Source: a candidate division FCPU426 bacterium (GTDB taxonomy: Bacteria > Oederibacteriota > Muellerivitia > Muellerivitales > Muellerivitaceae). From it: a stretch of 64,000 bases of DNA. The position numbers were made by a program, and so were the translations under genes. Under the pieces are notes generated by a model that did no database searches, was not told where the DNA came from, and worked only from the letters and a program-made list of their open reading frames with translations. Location of the stretch: NCBI GenBank assembly GCA_963796105.1, contig CAWCKJ010000003.1:256001-320000 (forward strand). The letters run 5' to 3'. Below, piece after piece: positions 1 through 9,858 of this stretch (position 1 is its first letter; each line of letters begins with the position of its first letter).

Positions 1-2
1 TC

Positions 3-635
3 CTCAGGGTCCTGCAGGAAAAAGAATTCGAGCGGGTTGGAGGCGTCGAAAGCCTGAGGACGGATGTACGGGTCATCGCGGCCACCAATAAAAACCTGGA
101 GGAGGGAATTAAAAAGGGCCAATTCAGGGAAGATCTCTTCTTCCGATTGAATGTGGTCCCGATTTTCGTCCCCCCTCTCAAGGAGCGTAGGGATGATATC
201 GAACGTTTAAGCTATCATTTTTTAAGCCGTTACAGCCTCGAAGCGAACAAAAAGATCACGAAAATTGAAAAGCGCGCCCTTGAATTGATGTCCAGGTACA
301 ACTGGCCGGGTAACGTAAGGGAGTTGGAAAACACGATTCAGCGGGCGGTCGTTTTATCGGATTCTGACACCATTTACCCCTCCAGCCTGCCCCTGGATGT
401 TCAAACCTACCAAAAAGACGATTACATGCACTATTTAAACGATAACGCGAGCCTGACGGAAAAAGTGGAGAATTACGAAAAAGAGCTCATCTTGAAAGCC
501 ATGGAAAAATCTAATCATGTCCAGACAAAAGCCGCCAAGTTGTTGAACATCAACCGGACCGCTTTGATCTATAAGCTGAAGAAATATGGATTGTTCTCCG
601 ATGCATCGCTTGAAATCGAGGAAAAACCTGAATGA
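3..635 (+). CDS. Sigma54-dependent (NtrC/Fis-family) transcriptional activator, 5'-partial
   Basis: Frame is open from the window start: LRVLQEKEFERVGG...DVRVIAATNKNL...FREDLFFRLNVVPI, WPGNVRELEN, and a C-terminal Fis-type HTH (QTKAAKLLNINRTAL). Confidence 0.95.
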   Translation, partial: LRVLQEKEFERVGGVESLRTDVRVIAATNKNLEEGIKKGQFREDLFFRLNVVPIFVPPLKERRDDIERLSYHFLSRYSLEANKKITKIEKRALELMSRYNWPGNVRELENTIQRAVVLSDSDTIYPSSLPLDVQTYQKDDYMHYLNDNASLTEKVENYEKELILKAMEKSNHVQTKAAKLLNINRTALIYKLKKYGLFSDASLEIEEKPE

Positions 636-1606
636 AGCTTATCCCCGTTATATTTCTTTTTTCCTGCTTTTTGGCAATTCCAGAATTGAGTTATTGCGGC
701 CCCGGGGAAAAAAACCTTCCAGCTGAAACGAGTTTTGAATTTTCCGATTCCCATTGGGTTAAAGTCCTCGCGGAATTCGAGGAATCCGTCAAAGGTTTGA
801 CCACGGATTTGGAAAACCTGCAAAACCAAAAAAAGGCGCATCAAGAAGCCATCGCAGGCTTGGAAAGCAAAATCAATGATCTCCGGCAAAAGGAAAAAGA
901 GGGCTCGAATTTGTTCGAGGAAATACGCTTGAAGGGTTTGTTGAATGATTTGAAGCAAAAGCTGGAGGAAAACTCGGAAATAGAGAGGCAATGGGTGGAT
1001 GTCCAGAAATCTTTTGAGCAAAAGGCGTTATCCCTACAGGAGCTTTATAATGAGCGCATCGAATATGAATTGAATAACACCCCGCCTAACGCCTCGCCCG
1101 CCTTATTGGATTCCCGGCTTACCGAATTGGCATCTATCGCCCAAAAACGGAACCAGGTTGATGCTGTCCTGTGGAAATATAAAAAATCCGACGTTGATCA
1201 AAAAATACCCCCTTTGACATTTTTAAAGAAGTTCAACTCCAGGGATAGTGAAAACCTTCAATCGGTCCTTGATCTTCTCATGGATAGGAAAAAAACCATG
1301 GAAGTCAAAATGGAAAAATGGTCCCAGGAAGAGGATGAACTCGTAAACGAATTGAAGTTACAGGGCAAAATGCAGGAATTTCTCGACGACATACAGCGCT
1401 CGAACGAGGATTTAGGCTTGCCTCATGGTAATTTGAAACGAAATGATCTGGAAGGCATGCTTGGCAAAAATAAGCGCGCCACGTTGGAGAGCCGGCTGAA
1501 TGATGTCCGCAAAAGCGAAACACAAGGCCAGGCAATGTTGGAAGAAATCGTGAAACTTATTGACAAAATCAACGGCCAAATTAACCTCTTAAAGAAGGGG
1601 CGTTAA
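632..1606 (+). CDS. Secreted coiled-coil hypothetical protein
   Basis: N-terminal signal-like hydrophobic stretch, E/K/L/Q-rich heptad pattern, ATGA overlap with the upstream gene. Confidence 0.8.
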   Translation: MKLIPVIFLFSCFLAIPELSYCGPGEKNLPAETSFEFSDSHWVKVLAEFEESVKGLTTDLENLQNQKKAHQEAIAGLESKINDLRQKEKEGSNLFEEIRLKGLLNDLKQKLEENSEIERQWVDVQKSFEQKALSLQELYNERIEYELNNTPPNASPALLDSRLTELASIAQKRNQVDAVLWKYKKSDVDQKIPPLTFLKKFNSRDSENLQSVLDLLMDRKKTMEVKMEKWSQEEDELVNELKLQGKMQEFLDDIQRSNEDLGLPHGNLKRNDLEGMLGKNKRATLESRLNDVRKSETQGQAMLEEIVKLIDKINGQINLLKKGR

Positions 1607-1607
1607 A

Positions 1608-2690
1608 ATGAAAAAGAAAGAATTATTGTTATTCACGCTTTTTCTTTTATCCGCGTTCAGCTTACGGAGCGTCGGCAACGCGGACGAACCCGGATTCAAC
1701 GCGAACGCGACGGTTCTTCCGGCGGTATTCGGCTTGCGCTTGGATGACAATGTCGTGGGACAATTTGATCCAATGTCGCGTGTTTCGGATGAAATATACT
1801 CTTTGAATTTGGGGGGGCAAGTAAAAGCCGATTACTCCTATTTCAAGGGAAAACTCGAGTATCACGTCGGGGGGGATCAATATCAAAACTACCTTTATCT
1901 GGATAACTTAAAAAATGATTTTGTTTTATTGTTGTCGATGAATATCGGCGAATTCACTTTTTACGGGCTCAAGGAATATTTTTTCCGCGATAGCTCCTAT
2001 GATTACTTCAATTACACGGATGATGATTCTACAGGGGGTATCGACTGGACCCCGCCAGGTTCCTGGAATTTAGAAATAAAATATAAGGATTTTACCCGTA
2101 AATACGACAGCCCAATGGATTACATCAGGAACATGAATTTGATCGATGATGCCTTTTTCGGGAGCATCACGAAGGAAATCACCGAGGAATTATCATTGAA
2201 AGCCGGGGGTGGATACAACAACCGGCAATACAACCGCCTCGCGTTGGATTCTAACCTTAACCCGACCCCTGACCTGCAAACCGACTCGACTTGGACCATC
2301 CTTTTGAACGCCAGGATCTATTTTGACCAAATTCTTCATGAAATCACCCTGGAACATGATCAAACTCAATCAAACAGTTTTGGCTATTCCAACGCCGTCG
2401 ATAGCATTTCATGGGCGGCAGTTGTTCGGCCGGTTTCCACCCTCTACCTGGAGTTGTTTTTCCGATTGTATGACAAAACCTATAGTGATAAACCTTTGGC
2501 CTACCTGCCGGATTACAAGATTGTCGTGGATGAGGACAGCCAAGACTTGCTTTCAGTGAAAACAAGCTGGGAGTGGACTACCGGCTGGTCCAGCAGTATA
2601 AGTTTAAGCCGGGAGAGGGCTGAAACCATTTTCGCCAATCAATACTACATTAAAAACGTGGCTGCGATTCAAATCAAAAAATCTTTTTAA
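1608..2690 (+). CDS. Putative outer-membrane beta-barrel protein
   Basis: Signal peptide, Y/D/N/G-rich alternating strand pattern, C-terminal Phe (AAIQIKKSF). Confidence 0.7.
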   Translation: MKKKELLLFTLFLLSAFSLRSVGNADEPGFNANATVLPAVFGLRLDDNVVGQFDPMSRVSDEIYSLNLGGQVKADYSYFKGKLEYHVGGDQYQNYLYLDNLKNDFVLLLSMNIGEFTFYGLKEYFFRDSSYDYFNYTDDDSTGGIDWTPPGSWNLEIKYKDFTRKYDSPMDYIRNMNLIDDAFFGSITKEITEELSLKAGGGYNNRQYNRLALDSNLNPTPDLQTDSTWTILLNARIYFDQILHEITLEHDQTQSNSFGYSNAVDSISWAAVVRPVSTLYLELFFRLYDKTYSDKPLAYLPDYKIVVDEDSQDLLSVKTSWEWTTGWSSSISLSRERAETIFANQYYIKNVAAIQIKKSF

Positions 2691-2734
2691 CTGGAATTTT
2701 TGCGCGGATATTTTTTTCGGGGAAAGCGAATATT

Positions 2735-3619
2735 TTGAAAAAACCGGATGATGACTTAAAAATCGACATTTCGGAAATTTTCGGGGGAGAACTTCCTGAA
2801 TTACCCGCCGAAAAAAAAACAAGCAACGAAACGGTACCCCAGGCTCAAGAGGATGCCGGAGAATTATCCAGGGATACGCAAGCCCAATACCAAGCCTGGT
2901 TTACCGCGCGGGAAAAAGAGCTGGAGAGCAAAACAAAAAACCTTGAGAAAAGAGTTGAGGAACTTCAGCTTCAATTATCCCAGACAACTAAAATGGACGA
3001 AATTCATTCTCCCGCACTCCCGCCGTCCCCTGTGGATTTTAACGCGCCTATTCCTCCTCCTTTTTTTAATACTCTTAATTCATCTCCTATAAAAACCGAA
3101 TCAAAACCATTTGATTCCCCCATATCGCATGTACCGCCTCAAAGCCCGGTCAACCCCTTGAATTTCAATGGATTAGAGTCCGATTTAAAATTCCTTATTT
3201 TTTATGACGAGTTCCGAGTCATCATCGCCCACGAAATAACCGATTTGGTCGGCGAACGTAAAACTGCGACTATGCTGGAGCGAACTTTTGAAATCGCTAG
3301 GGGAAAATACCCATCGATATTCAAAAACGCCAATTGGGATTCCGCGGGAAACCTCCTCAACGACGGGTCCTTGAATGGCCAGAAGATTATTGAGAATAAA
3401 TCATCATTGCGCTCGGCTCATGCTGAAGTCCTCCTGGATTCCGCCCTCACCAGCCTTTTAAATTTACGCCTCCAGGCTGTGGAAAAGGGCCTCGGAAGCG
3501 GCTTGAGAAATAAAGTGCGCGCTCATTTACTTCACTGGATCGGAGAAAAGTGCGACAGCGAAAAAAAACTAGGCAATGACATTTCGATGTTTAAAAGATT
3601 GTCGGCTTATATTCCTTAG
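2735..3619 (+). CDS. Hypothetical cytoplasmic protein (acidic N-terminus, coiled coil, Pro-rich linker, helical C-terminal domain)
   Basis: 294-aa ORF with TTG start, co-oriented with the upstream operon. Confidence 0.7.
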   Translation: MKKPDDDLKIDISEIFGGELPELPAEKKTSNETVPQAQEDAGELSRDTQAQYQAWFTAREKELESKTKNLEKRVEELQLQLSQTTKMDEIHSPALPPSPVDFNAPIPPPFFNTLNSSPIKTESKPFDSPISHVPPQSPVNPLNFNGLESDLKFLIFYDEFRVIIAHEITDLVGERKTATMLERTFEIARGKYPSIFKNANWDSAGNLLNDGSLNGQKIIENKSSLRSAHAEVLLDSALTSLLNLRLQAVEKGLGSGLRNKVRAHLLHWIGEKCDSEKKLGNDISMFKRLSAYIP

Positions 3620-3636
3620 ATTGATTAACCGTTTTA

Positions 3637-3665
3637 TTGACAACCCTAATTGTGATAGATAAAAT
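3637..3665 (+). promoter_or_regulatory. Sigma70-type promoter
   Basis: TTGACA-17 bp-TAAAAT. Confidence 0.65.
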
Positions 3666-3690
3666 TAAATTCATGATTGATGGTTATGCG

Positions 3691-3885
3691 ATGACGATTG
3701 ACAGTTTATTCCTTAAGCGTTGGAACCAGGACGTTCTCCAAGAGATTAACCGCCACAAGTGGTTTGAGAGTGAAAAGGCCGGTTACGACATTGGTATGGA
3801 TTTAGCCGCGTTCGACTGGCTGAATAAATATTATGAGAACTGGTGCAGGAATCAGGACTACTTAAAACCTTTTTTCCAGGGTTGA
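3691..3885 (+). CDS. Small DUF4032-like protein
   Basis: EINRHKWFESEKAGYDIG..AAFDW motif; start moved to a downstream ATG (3673 is an alternative) because the TTG at 3637 is the -35 box. Confidence 0.75.
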   Translation: MTIDSLFLKRWNQDVLQEINRHKWFESEKAGYDIGMDLAAFDWLNKYYENWCRNQDYLKPFFQG

Positions 3886-3913
3886 TTTTTCTTTAAGCGA
3901 AAACCAAATCCTT

Positions 3914-3952
3914 AAAACCTCATCTAAAGCGTTTAATAGGTGGGGTTTTTTT
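3914..3952 (+). terminator. Intrinsic terminator
   Basis: aaaacctcatcta...taggtggggtttt hairpin followed by a T run. Confidence 0.55.
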
Positions 3953-3969
3953 GTTACACCGAGGTCAAA

Positions 3970-4668
3970 TTGAAACAATTTATACGTCCAATAAGTTTTA
4001 CCCGTTCTTACACGAAATTCGCGGGCGGTTCGGTTTTAATTTGCATGGGCGATACCCGGGTACTTTGCACCGCGTCAGTATCAGAGGATGTCCCGTCTTT
4101 TTTAAAGGGGAAGGGAAAAGGCTGGATTACGGCGGAATACTCAATGCTTCCCGGGAGCACGAATGTGCGCACCCCGAGGGATTCGGTCAAGGGCAAAATC
4201 AACGGCAGAACCCATGAAATCCAAAGGCTGATAGGCCGGTCTTTGAGATCTGTTTTCAAATCCGAGCTTTTGGGCGAGCGCCAAATCATTGTTGATTGCG
4301 ACGTCCTTCAAGCTGACGGCGGAACGAGAACCGCTTCCATAAACGGCGCTTATGTCGCTTTGTTTGACGCTCTTGAAAAATTACGGCACAAAGGCGTCAT
4401 TACCGTGAACCCGATGAGGGAACCAGTGGCGGCCACTAGCGTCGGGATAGTTTCAGGCAAACCGGTTTTGGACCTTTGTTATGAGCAGGATTCAAATGCG
4501 GATGTCGATTTTAATGTTGTGATGACGGGATCCGGCCGTTTTATCGAGATCCAAGGGACGGCTGAAAAAGAACCTTTCTCCAGAAAACAATTAGATTCTC
4601 TTTTGGCGTTGGCTAAAACGGGGATCGTTCAAGTCATGGCCGCCCAAAAAAAGGTCCTTCGCTCGTGA
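3970..4668 (+). CDS. rph: Ribonuclease PH
   Basis: [50 protein letters not shown] start after GAGG. Confidence 0.97.
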   Translation: MKQFIRPISFTRSYTKFAGGSVLICMGDTRVLCTASVSEDVPSFLKGKGKGWITAEYSMLPGSTNVRTPRDSVKGKINGRTHEIQRLIGRSLRSVFKSELLGERQIIVDCDVLQADGGTRTASINGAYVALFDALEKLRHKGVITVNPMREPVAATSVGIVSGKPVLDLCYEQDSNADVDFNVVMTGSGRFIEIQGTAEKEPFSRKQLDSLLALAKTGIVQVMAAQKKVLRS

Positions 4669-5252
4669 GGAAATTCGTCATCGCAACGCAAAACCGTGAT
4701 AAATTCTTGGAAATAAAGAGTTTTTTTGACGGTTCGAATTTGGAGCTTTTGCCCGCCTTTGATTTTCCCGGTATTCCGGAAGTAAAAGAAGATGGCCAAA
4801 CACTTGAGGAAAATTCCCACAAGAAGGCAAAAACCGTTTCTTTATTTACCGGGCACCCTGCGATGGCTGACGACACCGGCCTTTTTGTGGGGGCCTTGAA
4901 CGGAAGCCCTGGTGTTTATTCCGGACGTTTCGCGGGCGAAGGATGTTCTTACAAGGATAATGTCCGAAAACTTTTGGGTTTGATGAAAGGCATTCCGCCT
5001 TCCCGAAGAAACGCGTATTTTCGCACCGTCATCACGGTATTTTACCCTGACGGGACTTATCACCAAGTCGCCGGGGAGGTTCAGGGATTCATCACGGAGG
5101 AAACAAGGGGATCAGGCGACTTCGGGTATGACCCCGTTTTCCAGCCCTTGGGTTCGGATAAAGTATTTTCGGAAATGTCACTGGAAGAAAAAAACAAGAT
5201 CAGTCACCGGGGAAAAGCCCTTCTCGCCGCGAGAAACTTGCTTTGTACTTGA
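4665..5252 (+). CDS. rdgB: dITP/XTP pyrophosphatase (Ham1 family)
   Basis: [33 protein letters not shown]; canonical position after rph. Confidence 0.96.
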   Translation: MRKFVIATQNRDKFLEIKSFFDGSNLELLPAFDFPGIPEVKEDGQTLEENSHKKAKTVSLFTGHPAMADDTGLFVGALNGSPGVYSGRFAGEGCSYKDNVRKLLGLMKGIPPSRRNAYFRTVITVFYPDGTYHQVAGEVQGFITEETRGSGDFGYDPVFQPLGSDKVFSEMSLEEKNKISHRGKALLAARNLLCT

Positions 5253-5324
5253 ACGTGTGATTTTAGCTTTTTTAAGCTTTTGTCTTTCTGGGCAAAAGCT
5301 TAACATGTTGATAATGTTGTTGAT

Positions 5325-5548
5325 CTCAACATTGGCAAATTTTCAGGACTTTGGTTCTTCCCCCCTCTGAAAGAGGGGGATAAAGGGGAAGTTAGACTTG
5401 TTTCAGGTTTTAGCAACTACTAATACCCCCCATCCCAAAGGCGCTCATAGGGAAAACCCCCTATGGTACCCACAAACCGAAAGGCCCCTTTTTCAAAGGG
5501 GGGAATATTTATCTGAAGCATGTCTTTCGGAATTTGCCAAAGGTCGAG
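5325..5548. repeat. MITE-like element family B, copy 1 (carries an extra hairpin insertion)
   Basis: Shares CTCAACATTGGCAAATTTT...TTCTTCCCCCTCTGAAAGAGGGGGA...CCCCTTTTTCAAAGGG...TTGCC..GAG with 57270-57444; imperfect terminal inverted repeats. Confidence 0.8.
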
Positions 5549-5637
5549 TTTGATTTAATATTCAGCGTATTTATGGCATAAGTTGGGCGTAACGTATTTG
5601 GTTTGGGATAAAAGTTCATATAAGTCTGATTTTCGGC

Positions 5638-5712
<75 letters not shown>

Positions 5713-5792
5713 AAAATCAGAAATAACTAAACTAAAAAAATCATTGTCCGAAGTTTTGCTTATGTTTTCCCTTTCTCTTTTGCTTATTAAAT

Positions 5793-5869
<77 letters not shown>

Positions 5870-5879
5870 TCTTTTCTTT

Positions 5880-6022
5880 AGGGAACCTCTAAATATTCAT
5901 TTTAACCCTCGCCCCTTGAGGGAGAGGGTAGGGTGAGGGGTGTTAATTTAAGACAATTTCACTCTCATCCCATCCTTCTCCCCTCCAGGGAGAAGGGGAA
6001 CAGCAATTATTAGAGTTGCCCT
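5880..6022. repeat. MITE/REP-like element family A, copy 1 (empty site)
   Basis: TIRs AGGGAACCTCTAA/TTAGAGTTGCCCT; internal CCCTCGCCCCTTGAGGGAGAGGGTAGGGTGAGGGG also present at 12778 and, reversed, at 43434. Confidence 0.85.
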
Positions 6023-6096
6023 TTAAATAATTTCAAACAAAGTTTGCCAATAAATGAATGTGTGGTTTTAACCTGGTGGTTGTGAAAGGGGAATAA

Positions 6097-6321
<225 letters not shown>

Positions 6322-6331
6322 CGAGGATTAA

Positions 6332-6661
6332 ATGGAAACCATCAATGCTCAAGAAATTATCCAGGAAATGGTCCGGCGGATCGTTGAGAAATTCGATCCG
6401 GTTCAAATAATTCTTTTCGGTTCCTATGCGCGTGGAACTGCCGGGCCGGACAGTGACGTGGACCTGTTGGTGGTCATGCCAATTGACAATTCCCACAAGG
6501 AAAAAAACCTCGAAGTCAGCCTGGAATTGCGTGCAATGGGTTTGGCAAAAGATGTTTTTGTGGTGACCCCGGAAGAAGTCCAAAAGTACCGCGATATCGT
6601 GGGAAGCATTATTAAGACGGCTGTTCACGAAGGGAAAATTATCTATGAGCGTGCCGCCTGA
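6332..6661 (+). CDS. Minimal nucleotidyltransferase (MNT) antitoxin
   Basis: IILFGSYARG...DSDVDLLVV motif. Confidence 0.93.
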   Translation: METINAQEIIQEMVRRIVEKFDPVQIILFGSYARGTAGPDSDVDLLVVMPIDNSHKEKNLEVSLELRAMGLAKDVFVVTPEEVQKYRDIVGSIIKTAVHEGKIIYERAA

Positions 6662-7058
6662 ACAAATATATTTAGTCCGCCAATGGATTGAAAAGGCGGA
6701 AAGCGACTATAGGAATTTCCAGAACACGCTCAAAATGGACAAAGATTGTCCCTTCGATACCGTTTGCTTCCACACCCAACAATGTGCTGAAAAATACCTT
6801 AAAGCCCGCTTGGTTTATCTTTCCATCGATTTTCCCAAGATTCATGACATTTCGGAGATCATCAAACTCTTTCCGCCCGGCCTTGGAATCCCCCTAACCC
6901 CCGCAGATCAAGAAAAGTTAACGAGGTATGCCTGGATGGGACGCTATCCTGGTAATTGGGAACCGATGAACCGTCAAGACGCCGAGGAAACGGCAGCCTT
7001 GGCCACCAAGGTTCGAACTGCTATCCGGGCAAGCTTTCCAAAGGAAATTTTGAATTAA
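6645..7058 (+). CDS. HEPN-domain protein (MNT-HEPN pair)
   Basis: WIEKAESD, CFHTQQCAEKYLKA, FPKIHDI, RYP; overlaps the MNT gene. Confidence 0.92.
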   Translation: MSVPPEQIYLVRQWIEKAESDYRNFQNTLKMDKDCPFDTVCFHTQQCAEKYLKARLVYLSIDFPKIHDISEIIKLFPPGLGIPLTPADQEKLTRYAWMGRYPGNWEPMNRQDAEETAALATKVRTAIRASFPKEILN

Positions 7059-7082
7059 ACCTTTTTTGAAAGTGGGCGCGAA

Positions 7083-7424
7083 ATGAAGGGAACAATGAAA
7101 CATAAGGAATCCTTGCCGGGGGGAGCGCTTCAAGAACATGCCCAAATTCCGAAAAAGAAACGACCTGATATTTACGCCGCTTTGAAACACCCGGACCCCC
7201 ACATCAATCTCGCGCGGAATATTCTGAACTTGCGACATAAGCACGGTTTCACCCAGATTGAGCTTGCGTAACGGTCAGGAGTTACCAGCCGAACCATCCA
7301 GAACATTGAAAATGTAAATAGCGGGTACAAACCAACCCTTGACGTTATTACGGGGCTTGCCAAGGCGCTCGAGGTAAAGCCGGAAGATTTGATAAAAACC
7401 GTGGACTTGGCTGAAAATTTTTAA
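7083..7424 (+). pseudogene. XRE/Cro-family HTH regulator with in-frame TAA at 7269-7271
   Basis: LRHKHGFTQIELA*RSGVTSRTIQNIEN...KPTLDVITGLAKALEV continues in frame to TAA at 7422-7424. Confidence 0.85.
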
Positions 7425-7463
7425 TTTGAACAAAAAAGATTTATGTTTTTAAAAGGGAAATTT

Positions 7464-7937
7464 ATGACGGTAATGACTGATTTCGATTGGTTTAAATCTG
7501 GATTTGATTTAGAGATTCAGCTTATGGAGGAATACGTAAAAGGAGTAGAACCTCTAATACAAAAAGAATTAAACGACTTTAAGGGAAAAATTGATGCTGA
7601 AGCGACAAAGATTAGCGATCCGACCTTTAAAGATGATTTTTATGAATTTCATTCTGGAGATTATTCAAATCTTAACGAGGGATTTCCAAATATTCTTAAT
7701 GAGTCCGCTCTGATTTCAATAATGGCGATGTTTGAAAAATATTTAAATTTCTCTTGTGCTTTTTTGGCTCAAAAAAGGCAAACCAAAATGGAATTAAAAG
7801 ATATCCAAGGCAAAGGCGTTTATAGGGCGAAAGTTTATTTGAGCAAAGTAATAGGGCTAAATTTAGAAACCGTAAATTTTTACTGGGACGACTTATCTTT
7901 GATTGGGGAGATTAGAAACGCGTGCGTCCAGATATGA
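7464..7937 (+). CDS. AT-rich hypothetical protein, possibly a truncated HEPN-like domain
   Basis: Helical ORF that ends abruptly at IRNACVQI*, where an R-x4-H motif would be expected. Confidence 0.5.
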   Translation: MTVMTDFDWFKSGFDLEIQLMEEYVKGVEPLIQKELNDFKGKIDAEATKISDPTFKDDFYEFHSGDYSNLNEGFPNILNESALISIMAMFEKYLNFSCAFLAQKRQTKMELKDIQGKGVYRAKVYLSKVIGLNLETVNFYWDDLSLIGEIRNACVQI

Positions 7938-8023
7938 CAGGTGCTTGTCGACTCAATGGATTAGGCATAAAATGAAATTAATTTTGAAGATCAAAAGACA
8001 TTGATTTTAATCCGGGGGCTTAA

Positions 8024-8340
8024 GTGCTAGTTGAAAAGTCAGTTGTGGACAATTTGGTAAATCAAATCGTGGAAGCGGTCCACCCGCTTCGCATAATCCT
8101 TTTCGGATCGGCGGTCAGGGGGGATATGGGCCGGATAGCGATATTGACCTTTTGATTGTCATGCCGGAAGGAACTGACCGGGACAAGGTCAGCAAATTGC
8201 TTTATTGCCAGGTAACCGAACTTAAGGTGGCGTTTGATATGGTGGTTGCCACTCCTGATGTTCTTGAGAAATATAAAAACAATTGCGCCCTGGTTTACAA
8301 ATGGGCACTTAAAGATGGCCGTGAAGTTTATGCCGCCTGA
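8024..8340 (+). pseudogene. Second MNT antitoxin, frameshifted
   Basis: VEAVHPLRIILFGSAVRGDMG in one frame and DSDIDLLIVMP...GREVYAA in another (1-nt loss near 8130); followed only by the MPPE stub of a HEPN partner. Confidence 0.85.
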
Positions 8341-8431
8341 GTGTAGTAAAAAACCATTTAAGGGTACGAGAGTAGTAAACGGCGAATGTAGGGCTCCGTC
8401 GCTTAGAGGCCTTAAGCCGGGGACCTGGATT

Positions 8432-9685
8432 TTAGGTTTTCGGCTCCTGCATAAGGAACCCCACCAACTTGGCGGTTAAGCCGCCTTTCAAGAACCTTTG
8501 GGCGGCCTGGGCCGTCTCCAAGGCCTTTTGCCCCCCGGTCACGGACAAGTGGATCTCATAAGCCTCCCCGCCCTTGTGTTTGACCTTAATATCGGGCCCC
8601 AAACCCTTCCAAGCCTCCGCCATGGGGTCTTTTTCCTTATTGGAAGCCTTTTTAGTGTCAAAATCCCTAGCTTCATTCCCGTCCTTGACCCATTCGACCA
8701 TCTTTTTGGCTAAAACTTCCGGCATTCTGTTATCAATGACGATTTCAAGGGTTTCTTCAATCAAATCAGGGTCCGCCAATTTAGCCAATATCAGCAAAAT
8801 GGACTCGGTTATCAAATATTCGGGCTCTTCTTTGCCCAGCTGCTGGGCAGGATCGTCTCCAGTCTCTGCCTGGGTGCCCAGCGGCTGGGCATTTGTAACA
8901 CCGGTATCGATCTTTGCGCCCAGAGGCTGGGCAGTATCGGTCCCAGTCTCGGCTTGGGTGCCCAGCGGCTGGGCAGTTTTAACCCCGGTATCGGCCTCCG
9001 CGCCCAGCGGCTGGGCATGGTAATCCTCTGGAAGAAGGGCTTTGTCCTTGTTCAACATAATCGAAATCCTGGCGTCCTCAGTAAGGAGACTTGTCAATAT
9101 CAAAGCATTATAAACCTTGCCTTTGGACAAGCCCAACAGCTTGGCAAGCTGTCTTTGGGACAATTTCGGATTGGCCTTATGTTCCACTTCAATCGCTACA
9201 TCCAAATCCCACCAATCCATTTCAACAAGGTTATTGTCCATAAAGGCGGAAAAATGGGTTTTTTCGGGGGGAATATCCACGATTTCACATTTCAAGGCCT
9301 CAAACCCGGCCAGCTTTGCCCCTTCCAGGCGCCTGTGGCCCCCGATCACCATATATTCGAAACCCATTTCAGCGAGCGTTTCCTTGGGTACTACCTGTCC
9401 CTCATATTCCGGTTTTCGTAGGGAAGCTTTTTCTTCCGCCGTCAGGGGACGGACTTTTAGCAGGGTTTGCTGGCCTATGGCTTTCAGGGAATCGGCCATT
9501 TCCCCGATGCAACCAGGCCTTATTAGATGCCGTGGCTGATCGATATTGGGCATTAGCTTTTTTATGGGAATCTTTTTCACCTGAACCCGGGTCTCCAATC
9601 CGGGTTCGTGGTTTGGTATCTTCTTTTTCGGGTTGGCGTCGGTCGATGCTGGATTGGGGGAAGAAGCTTTTGGATTTTTCGACAT
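8432..9685 (-). CDS. Orphan ParB/KorB-like CTPase-HTH protein with an internal 14-aa repeat insert
   Basis: PNIDQPR, IGGHRRLEGAK (GxRR motif), HTH SQRQLAKLLGLSKGKVYNAL; GGAGG RBS before ATG 9685; no parA adjacent. Confidence 0.88.
   Translation of the reverse strand: MSKNPKASSPNPASTDANPKKKIPNHEPGLETRVQVKKIPIKKLMPNIDQPRHLIRPGCIGEMADSLKAIGQQTLLKVRPLTAEEKASLRKPEYEGQVVPKETLAEMGFEYMVIGGHRRLEGAKLAGFEALKCEIVDIPPEKTHFSAFMDNNLVEMDWWDLDVAIEVEHKANPKLSQRQLAKLLGLSKGKVYNALILTSLLTEDARISIMLNKDKALLPEDYHAQPLGAEADTGVKTAQPLGTQAETGTDTAQPLGAKIDTGVTNAQPLGTQAETGDDPAQQLGKEEPEYLITESILLILAKLADPDLIEETLEIVIDNRMPEVLAKKMVEWVKDGNEARDFDTKKASNKEKDPMAEAWKGLGPDIKVKHKGGEAYEIHLSVTGGQKALETAQAAQRFLKGGLTAKLVGFLMQEPKT
8833..9017. 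repeat. Five 17-bp palindromes (consensus TGCCCAGCNGCTGGGCA) at 42-bp period inside parB
   Basis: Copies at 8833, 8875, 8917, 8959 and 9001; they encode AQPLG (x4) and AQQLG (x1). Confidence 0.95.
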
Positions 9686-9858
9686 AAGGAACCTCCAAAT
9701 AAATAGTTTTTGAGGGTTGAAAAACCCATCTGCGATGGAATTTTTCAACAGTCTCAGATTTGAGCCGCTTACGTATCCAAAAATAATCCCGACCCTTCGA
9801 ATGGGTCAATAGGAAAATGTATTCCACGGTATATAATGCGAAACTAATCCAGCTTTAA

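Noticed and set aside
8833..9017. CRISPR-like repeat-spacer pattern
   Set aside because: Repeats are only 17 bp, the spacers are related to each other, the array is in frame inside a gene, and no cas genes are in the window.
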